Shown here in pieces: positions 57,716 to 64,000 of a DNA stretch of 64,000 bases (within the stretch, counting starts at the first letter, position 1; every line of letters starts with the position of its first letter). A program made the translations under genes and the position numbers. The notes under the pieces were generated by a model, which worked only from the letters and a program-made list of their open reading frames with translations, searched no databases and was not told where the DNA came from. The stretch comes from Promethearchaeota archaeon (lineage in GTDB: Archaea; Asgardarchaeota; Hermodarchaeia; Hermodarchaeales; Hermodarchaeaceae). The stretch is taken from contig JBHLPH010000002.1 of assembly GCA_048939625.1 (NCBI GenBank), positions 64,001 through 128,000 on the forward strand, in the 5' to 3' direction.

Positions 57716-58606
57716 ATGCGCTTTGGTATTACAGCATTGGATTGGGCTACAGTCTTTAACCAATTGACCGAAGGTGGCTTCTTTGATTTAAGCAAGTTTG
57801 ACTTTGCTGAAATTGTACGGTTAACTCATCAACACGGATTCTCCTTAATGGAACTAACCCTTGATCTTGGGTATGTAGTTCCAGGCGCTTTATCCGAGGA
57901 CCAGATTACTAATTTGCTGGTGGCGAAAGAAGAACTGGATTTAACCTATACGGCGCATCTTCCCTTATGGTCTATTGAACCAGCGAGTCCCAATCCTTTT
58001 ATTCGTGAAGCGTCTGTTGCCTGCCTTGTTGAAGCGGTTCAACGTGCAAAGCCACTGGACCCAGAAGCATACGTGGTACATAATGCGGGTTGGATTGGTG
58101 CGGAATTCAGCGAATTCGATATTGGTGGAGATGACCAACCCATTATTTCGTTGATAATGGGGAATCTAGCTGAACAAAGTATTCGCGAAGTAATCAAGCA
58201 GACGAACGTCCCATCACGCAAGTTCGCTTTAGAATCCATCGAGTTTCCCTTTGAAATCACATGGGCCATTGCAGAAAAGCTCGATACATCGGTGTGTCTC
58301 GATACGGGCCACGTTTTATCAGGACAGTCAGGGTCGACGGATGTTCTCGAGTTTGTAAACCAATATTATAACCGATTACTGGAGATTCATCTACACGATG
58401 GATCTCTGAAGCGTGTGGAAGGGAAACGATTCCCCTACTATGATCATAAGGTGTTGGGTCAAGGTGACTTACCGATCGTAGAGTTTTTAACTGCCCTGGA
58501 CGAGCGGAGGTTTGATGGCCCCATAATATTTGAATTGAACCGAGTTGATGCATTAGAATCACTGAAGGTCATCCGAAAACTTTTACCTGATTTTGCGATT
58601 GACTGA
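57716..58606 (+). CDS. Xylose-isomerase-like TIM barrel (AP endonuclease 2 family), CbiR-like phosphodiesterase
   Basis: YTAHLP, VVH, ALES, CLDTGH, IHLHD, DH..LG.G and IFE. Confidence 0.78.
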   Translation: MRFGITALDWATVFNQLTEGGFFDLSKFDFAEIVRLTHQHGFSLMELTLDLGYVVPGALSEDQITNLLVAKEELDLTYTAHLPLWSIEPASPNPFIREASVACLVEAVQRAKPLDPEAYVVHNAGWIGAEFSEFDIGGDDQPIISLIMGNLAEQSIREVIKQTNVPSRKFALESIEFPFEITWAIAEKLDTSVCLDTGHVLSGQSGSTDVLEFVNQYYNRLLEIHLHDGSLKRVEGKRFPYYDHKVLGQGDLPIVEFLTALDERRFDGPIIFELNRVDALESLKVIRKLLPDFAID

Positions 58607-58630
58607 TATGATTGTGAGGGAAGCCCTGCT

Positions 58631-59530
58631 GTGATACGATTCGTGGATTTGCATACCCATACAACCGCCTCAGATGGGACTGAGTCGCCAACACAAGTGG
58701 TTAGTAAAGCGCATGCCTTGGGATTGGTAGGAGTGGCTATCACCGATCATGATACGATTCAAGGTGTGGATGAAGGCATACGTGCGGGCATCAATATGGG
58801 GATAGAAGTGATTCCCGGAGTCGAAATTAGCTGCAACTGGCTAGAGCACCAACTCCATCTCCTGGGATTCTACATTAACACCCAAGATTCAGAATTGCAG
58901 GCTCTGCTGGACTGGATGCGTGTTGGACGAGAACAACGCCTATCGAAAATGATTGCAAAGCTTAGAACCTTAGGCATTGTGGTTGACCCCCAGGAGGTGG
59001 AAGCCGAGGCGAAAGGCGAATCCACTGGACGCCCCCATTTAGCCCGTGTCCTCATGCGTCATAATCATGTTGCCACGCTTGAAGAAGCCTTTGACAAATA
59101 TCTGGGGTATGGTCGTCCAGCTTACGTGGATCGTCCACGACCGACAATTAAACAGGGAATTCAAACTATCTTGCATGCGAAGGGCGTGCCAATAATTGCC
59201 CATCCCCTGACGGTTGATGCTGATTTAGGAGTGATGCTTGCAGAACTCAAACCGCTTCACATCCAGGGAGTTGAGTATTATTATCCATATAAGCAGGTTG
59301 CAGGTAAATCAGACCACTGGTATGCGACCATAGAACCCCGGCAAACCGAGCTAATGAAACTCGCAAAAGGTTATGAACTGATTATTACAGGAGGCTCTGA
59401 TTACCACGGGGCGATTCCAGAGAAAGCCGATTTGGGATCCGTTGCAGTTCCCGTGGAAACGCTTGAGATGCTTCGGCGTCGGTATAAGGAGCTTTTCGGA
59501 AGCCTTCCGTTCGCCAAAGGCCCTGCTTAA
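58631..59530 (+). CDS. PHP-domain phosphoesterase (TrpH/YciV-like)
   Basis: DLHTHTTASDG, AITDHD, GVEIS, HLLG, GRPH, AHP and GGSDYHG. Confidence 0.93.
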   Translation: MIRFVDLHTHTTASDGTESPTQVVSKAHALGLVGVAITDHDTIQGVDEGIRAGINMGIEVIPGVEISCNWLEHQLHLLGFYINTQDSELQALLDWMRVGREQRLSKMIAKLRTLGIVVDPQEVEAEAKGESTGRPHLARVLMRHNHVATLEEAFDKYLGYGRPAYVDRPRPTIKQGIQTILHAKGVPIIAHPLTVDADLGVMLAELKPLHIQGVEYYYPYKQVAGKSDHWYATIEPRQTELMKLAKGYELIITGGSDYHGAIPEKADLGSVAVPVETLEMLRRRYKELFGSLPFAKGPA

Positions 59531-59542
59531 TGATTGACAAGA

Positions 59543-59550
59543 TTTAAAAA
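59543..59550 (+). promoter_or_regulatory. TATA-like box TTTAAAAA with a purine-rich BRE-like upstream element
   Basis: Predicts a transcription start near 59573-59574, at the 5' end of the closing stem of the structured region. Confidence 0.5.
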
Positions 59551-59573
59551 CCTGTTTTCCTGTCACACCCTTA

Positions 59574-59778
59574 GACAAGAGATACGTGTTCCACGTCGTG
59601 TCTCGATCATTTGATTTACATGATTTGATTCGAGACGGAACGACGGTAATTCACCTGCACGAAGAATACAGCGAAAAGACTGATTCTTCAGATGAGGCAG
59701 CGTGAACGAAACACCTAGCTAACCTGGAATACCTGAATCAGTAGAGCTTGATTCAGAGTCAAGGGTTGACTTGTCACA
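59574..59778 (+). ncRNA. Putative approximately 200-nt multi-stem structured RNA or leader of unknown class
   Basis: Nested, mutually compatible stems: GACAAG/CTTGTC, GTGTTCCA/TGGAATAC, CGTCGT-GTCTCGA/TCGAGAC-ACGACG, TTCACCTGC/GCAG(C)GTGAA, GAAGAAT(A)CAG/CTGATTCTTC and CTGAATCA/TGATTCAG. Confidence 0.55.
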
Positions 59779-59806
59779 CTTACCTAACAGAGGGAATGAA
59801 AGAAAA

Positions 59807-61120
59807 ATGACAAAAACAACCTTCCTCGGCGGCTGCCGTCAAGTAGGAGCCTCAGCAGTTCTCATTGAACAAGCAGGCACCCGCGTCGTTATGGATTATG
59901 GTACTGCCTTCAATGGTACCCAACGTGTGCCGCTACCAATTTCCACACGGAATCTCGTTAGCGTGCTTTCTCACGCACATTTAGACCATAGTGGAAGCCT
60001 ACCACTAATTGCTGGGAGTCAGACGCATAAGGTCCCCATGTATTCAACGACTTTGACCAAGGAGTTAACCCAACTTTTGCTTATGGATATGCTCCGTATC
60101 GGAGGAGAGACCCTGGCATTTGAGCGACCGGAGATTCAAGCCCTTCTTCGTAATACCAACACTCTCTCTTATGGAGAACCTGTTCAGATCCACCCGAAAA
60201 TCAAACTCACCTTATACGATGCCGGTCATATCCCAGGAAGCGCCTCCATTCTCGTCGAAACCGAAGCCAATGGCGGACCTGCAGTCCGAATCCTTTACAC
60301 CGGCGACCTTAACACAACCAATACCCGTTTAGTGAACGGCGCTCCATCCCTGCGAGCACTCGGAGATCTTGATGCCATTATCGTTGAAAGCACATATGCA
60401 CAAGAAGAACATCCAACACGCCGTAATGTTGAAACCGAATTTGTAGAAACAGCTCGGTCCTCATTAGAATCAGGAGGTACCGTCCTAATCCCTTCTTTTG
60501 CCGTTGGACGAGCTCAAGAAATACTTGCAGTTCTATATCAGCACCGTCATCGTGGTTTAGACTTCCCAATTTTCATTGATGGAATGGCGCGGAAAGTCAC
60601 TCGAATAATGCAACAGCACTCACACTCTTTTACAGGTGGATCACTTGTATCCAAAGCTGCAAAACAATCTGTCTTTATTCGAAATAGGGCTGACCGAAAG
60701 GTAGCACTCGATGAGCCAGCAGTTATCATTGCACCCGCGGGTATGCTCAAAGGCGGGACTGCACAATTGTATCTTCGTAATATCGCGAGCGATTCACGTA
60801 GTAGTGTCTTATTGGTAGGAAAGCAGCTCCCTGGAACACCCGGTGCTGAACTTCTTGATACTGGAAAAATCCAACTGAGCGATAAAGGTCAAGCGCCTGA
60901 AACATTTCAGGTTAAAGGAAAAGTGAGGAGCTTCGATTTTTCCTGTCATGTTGGGCGCCAAGAAGTCTTGAACTATCTTAAGCAGGCGAAAGGAAACCCG
61001 ACAATCTTAACGATGCATGGAGAACCAGCATCCTGTGAAAATCTAGCACACACTCTTCGAATGCAGTTTGGATTCAAGGCAAAAGCCGCGACATGTGGCG
61101 AGACTATTCGATTCAACTAG
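59807..61120 (+). CDS. MBL-fold beta-CASP ribonuclease (CPSF73-like, without KH domains)
   Basis: LGG..QVG.S, SHAHLDH.G, AGHIPGS, YTGD, ESTY, F.VGRAQE, FSCH and HGE. Confidence 0.92.
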   Translation: MTKTTFLGGCRQVGASAVLIEQAGTRVVMDYGTAFNGTQRVPLPISTRNLVSVLSHAHLDHSGSLPLIAGSQTHKVPMYSTTLTKELTQLLLMDMLRIGGETLAFERPEIQALLRNTNTLSYGEPVQIHPKIKLTLYDAGHIPGSASILVETEANGGPAVRILYTGDLNTTNTRLVNGAPSLRALGDLDAIIVESTYAQEEHPTRRNVETEFVETARSSLESGGTVLIPSFAVGRAQEILAVLYQHRHRGLDFPIFIDGMARKVTRIMQQHSHSFTGGSLVSKAAKQSVFIRNRADRKVALDEPAVIIAPAGMLKGGTAQLYLRNIASDSRSSVLLVGKQLPGTPGAELLDTGKIQLSDKGQAPETFQVKGKVRSFDFSCHVGRQEVLNYLKQAKGNPTILTMHGEPASCENLAHTLRMQFGFKAKAATCGETIRFN

Positions 61121-62790
61121 ATAGGTGCGGAATTAGTAGTCTTAGATTCACGTAGTTCGCGCCGAAGAATTTTCCCAACAGCTGATTTGGGTAAGTCAGT
61201 ATGGAATTCGATAATGCGTGGATATTTGTAAGCTGCCATTTCCTGTTTCGCCCAATTTCGCAGTTCATCAGTGGTGAGATGGTCTTGATATTCGGTTTTG
61301 AGCACAACCACGGCTTTGACTTCCTCGCCCACCCTTGGAGAAGGAACTCCAATTACGGCGCATTCCGCAACCGCAGGGTGCCGATGAAGTAGGGCTTCAA
61401 CTTCAGCGGGGAACACGGAGTAACCACTTCGTTTAATAAGATCTTTCTTGCGGTCTCCAATGTATAGATAGCCATCTTCATCAAAGCGCCCAATATCACC
61501 TGTGTGGATCCAACCTCCACGAATCGTTGTTTTGGTAGCTTCAGGAGCATTCCAATAACCTTGGAAGATTTGGGGTCCTTTAGCTAGAATTTCGCCCCAT
61601 TCCCCAATACGTAGTTCCTTCGTACTGTCAACTTGATCAACAATTTTAATGTCGGTATTAAAGGTGGGAATGCCGACAGCCCCTGGACGCAGAACCCCTT
61701 GAGGAATCAGAGTCAGAATGGGAGAAGTTTCGGTCATCCCATAGCCTTCTACAATATAACTGCCTGTTTCACGTTGAAACTGCTCTAATACTTGTACTGG
61801 GAGTGAAGCGGCACCAGAGAAGCAATTTTCCAAGCTACTGATATCATACTTCTTCAATAAGGGACTGGCAAGCATTGACACATAGAGTGTTGGGACTCCC
61901 ACAAGGACTGTTGCCTGATAATGTTCAATGCTTTTTAGAATCTCTTTGATCTCTGGTCGAGGAATGAGCACCACTGATGCAGCGATTAGAGTTGCAAGAA
62001 TGATAATGCATGAAAAGCCAAAAGCATGAAAGGCAGGTAGTACTCCGATGAAACATTCTTCACCCTCTCGAACCTTAAACCACTGGCTTCCCACTTTCGC
62101 ATTAAACATGAAATTTTGATGACTCAGCATTGCACCCTTCGGTGGACCTGTAGTTCCTCCCGTAAACAGTAAGGCTGCAATATCATTAGAGCCAATCTTC
62201 AGCGAAGGATTTTCTGGTGCTTGCTTTTTCAACAAATCACTAAAGAAATGAATATCATCACTTTTAGGAAGCTTTGGATAAGGAATTTTCCCTGCTAACC
62301 GTCCCAGAATCGCTTTGACTTTGCTAAGGTATTCTCCTGTTCGGGTGTATACTACTGATTCAAGAGAGGTTTCTTGTTTTCCGGCTTCCACAACCTCATG
62401 AAACAGATCTAAGGCGATGAGGTGCTTTACATTTGCAGAATTTAACTGATAATGTAGTTCGTGGTGTTTGAATAGCGGATTAATGGGAGTGACAATGGCG
62501 CCTGCTTTGAGTATACCAAAAATAGTGATAGGCGCTTGGGGAATGTTAGGAAGCATAAATGCAACAGAATCACCCTTTTTCACTCCCATTTCAATGAGCG
62601 CATTGGCAAATTGATTGGAAAGCCGATCCAGTTCCAGGTAAGTCAACGCTTTGCCTTGGAAGTGATATGCAGGATTTTGGGGGTATTTTTTTGCCGTCAC
62701 TGTAAGGGTTTCATGAATTGTCGTAGTTGGTATTTCGATGTCGTAGGGTAATCCATCAGGCCAACTCTTATGCCAAAACCGTTTCATCAT
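61117..62790 (-). CDS. fadD: Long-chain fatty-acid--CoA ligase
   Basis: TGGTTGPPKG, EGYGMTE, HTGDIG, DRKKDLI and LPKSAVGKILRR. Confidence 0.93.
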   Translation of the reverse strand: MMKRFWHKSWPDGLPYDIEIPTTTIHETLTVTAKKYPQNPAYHFQGKALTYLELDRLSNQFANALIEMGVKKGDSVAFMLPNIPQAPITIFGILKAGAIVTPINPLFKHHELHYQLNSANVKHLIALDLFHEVVEAGKQETSLESVVYTRTGEYLSKVKAILGRLAGKIPYPKLPKSDDIHFFSDLLKKQAPENPSLKIGSNDIAALLFTGGTTGPPKGAMLSHQNFMFNAKVGSQWFKVREGEECFIGVLPAFHAFGFSCIIILATLIAASVVLIPRPEIKEILKSIEHYQATVLVGVPTLYVSMLASPLLKKYDISSLENCFSGAASLPVQVLEQFQRETGSYIVEGYGMTETSPILTLIPQGVLRPGAVGIPTFNTDIKIVDQVDSTKELRIGEWGEILAKGPQIFQGYWNAPEATKTTIRGGWIHTGDIGRFDEDGYLYIGDRKKDLIKRSGYSVFPAEVEALLHRHPAVAECAVIGVPSPRVGEEVKAVVVLKTEYQDHLTTDELRNWAKQEMAAYKYPRIIEFHTDLPKSAVGKILRRELRESKTTNSAPI

Positions 62791-62967
62791 AATAACATCC
62801 ACTGGAGTAGTAAGATACTCAAGCTATCAATATCATCCAGTATAAATGCTGATGAATCATTCCGCTCGGATTTTACAGATACATTCGTAAGGCTTTTTGA
62901 TTCAAAGCAATATTCTTAGGGAAACTCATCAGTATCTCCGTATTATTCAAACTTTGAGGAAGTCCCC

Positions 62968-63756
62968 ATGACTAATGCAGTTCTTTTGAAGAAAGAGCCA
63001 GAGAGAAAAATCGCATGGCTTGTTTTGAATCGTCCCAAAAAATTGAACACCATCAACGAGGATCTTACTCGCGAACTTCAAGCGGCCCTCGCCAGTGTTG
63101 AGCAGGACAAAGAAATCCGTGTTCTCATCATTACAGGTGCGGGAGAGAAAGCCTTCTCAGGTGGCGCAGATTTATCGGTTTTTATGAGCGGAGTAACTCC
63201 ACTCTACGCCCAATATATTGCCGCAAAGGGACATGAGATTCTGGCGATGATTGACCGTCTTCCCCAGCCCGTAATTGCTGCAATCAACGGATACGCGTAT
63301 GGTGGAGGTTGTGAAATCGCGCTTGCGTGTGATTTTCGATTAGCAAGCAAACGGGCGAAAATCGGTCTTATTGAAGTCAACCTAGGATTAATTCCTGCTT
63401 GGGGAGGTACACAGCGAATGCCTCGGGTCATTGGGTTAGCAAAAGCGCGGGAAGCGATTATGTTTGGTAAACAATTCTCTGCTGATGAGGCGTTGGAAAT
63501 TGGATTAGTCGATCGTGTGTTTTCAGATACGTCTTTTGAAAAGGAGGTTCGGGAGTTCGCAGAGTCATTGGCAGCTCAAGCACCGATAGCTTTGCAGCTA
63601 GTTAAGCAATGCCTAAACTATGGCACTCAGGTGCCATTGGAGGTTGGATTAGCCTATGAAGCTCAGGCATTCTCAAAAACATTCACAACAAAAGACATTT
63701 TTGAGGGAATCACTGCATTTCTGCAAAAACGAAAACCCGAATACAAAGGCGAATGA
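62968..63756 (+). CDS. Enoyl-CoA hydratase/isomerase (crotonase) family
   Basis: LNRP.KLN, FSGGADL, GGGCEIALACD and E.NLGLIP.WGGTQR. Confidence 0.95.
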   Translation: MTNAVLLKKEPERKIAWLVLNRPKKLNTINEDLTRELQAALASVEQDKEIRVLIITGAGEKAFSGGADLSVFMSGVTPLYAQYIAAKGHEILAMIDRLPQPVIAAINGYAYGGGCEIALACDFRLASKRAKIGLIEVNLGLIPAWGGTQRMPRVIGLAKAREAIMFGKQFSADEALEIGLVDRVFSDTSFEKEVREFAESLAAQAPIALQLVKQCLNYGTQVPLEVGLAYEAQAFSKTFTTKDIFEGITAFLQKRKPEYKGE

Positions 63757-63777
63757 AATTCAACAAAGGTGAATAGT

Positions 63778-64000
63778 ATGAAAGAACTCCGTGAAACTGT
63801 TATTGTTGATGCGATTCGAACACCGATTGGTCGTAAAGATCGTGCCTATGTTAAGACACGACCCGACGAATTGGCTTCTCATGTCCTTCGAGAGATTACA
63901 AAGCGCACTAAGGTAGATCCGAAAGACGTGGATGATGTGATGATGGGCTGTAACACCCAAACGGCTTGGCAAGGCGCTAACATTGGTCGGCTTGCTCTTC
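63778..64000 (+). CDS. Acetyl-CoA C-acyltransferase (thiolase), 5' part, runs off the window
   Basis: Manual translation MKELRETVIVDAIRTPIGR...RPDELA...VDDVMMGC...GANIGRLAL; not in the ORF track. Confidence 0.9.
   Translation, partial: MKELRETVIVDAIRTPIGRKDRAYVKTRPDELASHVLREITKRTKVDPKDVDDVMMGCNTQTAWQGANIGRLAL

Noticed and set aside
59686-59712. Hammerhead-like CAGAUGA...GAAAC
   Set aside because: The core is CAGAUGA rather than CUGANGA, and stem II does not form.
59574-59778. Calling the structured region a bona fide RNase P RNA
   Set aside because: The CR-I and CR-V consensus sequences are degenerate and P4 cannot be paired convincingly; kept only as an unknown structured RNA.

Overview
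Archaeal chromosomal window, most likely from an Asgard-type lineage (inference). The archaeal call rests on TBP, Cdc48, family-4 UDG, ADP-forming acyl-CoA synthetase and a thiolase/DUF35 pair; the Asgard call rests on several eukaryote-like proteins. Most of the window is housekeeping: redox, Fe-S assembly, proteostasis, RNA processing and acyl-CoA/fatty-acid metabolism. No rRNA, tRNA, CRISPR array or transposase was seen. Stand-out items: (1) a 22.4-kb tandem array of four giant single-pass surface proteins with divergent ectodomains but a conserved cytoplasmic tail of helical repeats; (2) an unannotated box H/ACA guide RNA (22112-22200, minus) whose pocket matches LSU rRNA helix 69; (3) a 154-aa coiled-coil + Pro-rich + LARRR protein resembling eukaryotic WAVE/WASH-complex and Ena/VASP elements; (4) an alpha-SNAP-like solenoid fused to Ig-like domains; (5) a DapA-like aldolase fused to formaldehyde-activating enzyme (Fae), next to a CitG-family gene; (6) an approximately 200-nt multi-stem RNA upstream of a beta-CASP nuclease; (7) an Lrp-domain ORF missed by the ORF track that has no canonical start and is in frame with the upstream gene across a single TAG; (8) a recurring CGTGGTTCTAGCAG-type intergenic motif between cassette-like genes at the left end. 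All family assignments and cross-species comparisons were made by eye from remembered motifs; no searches were run.
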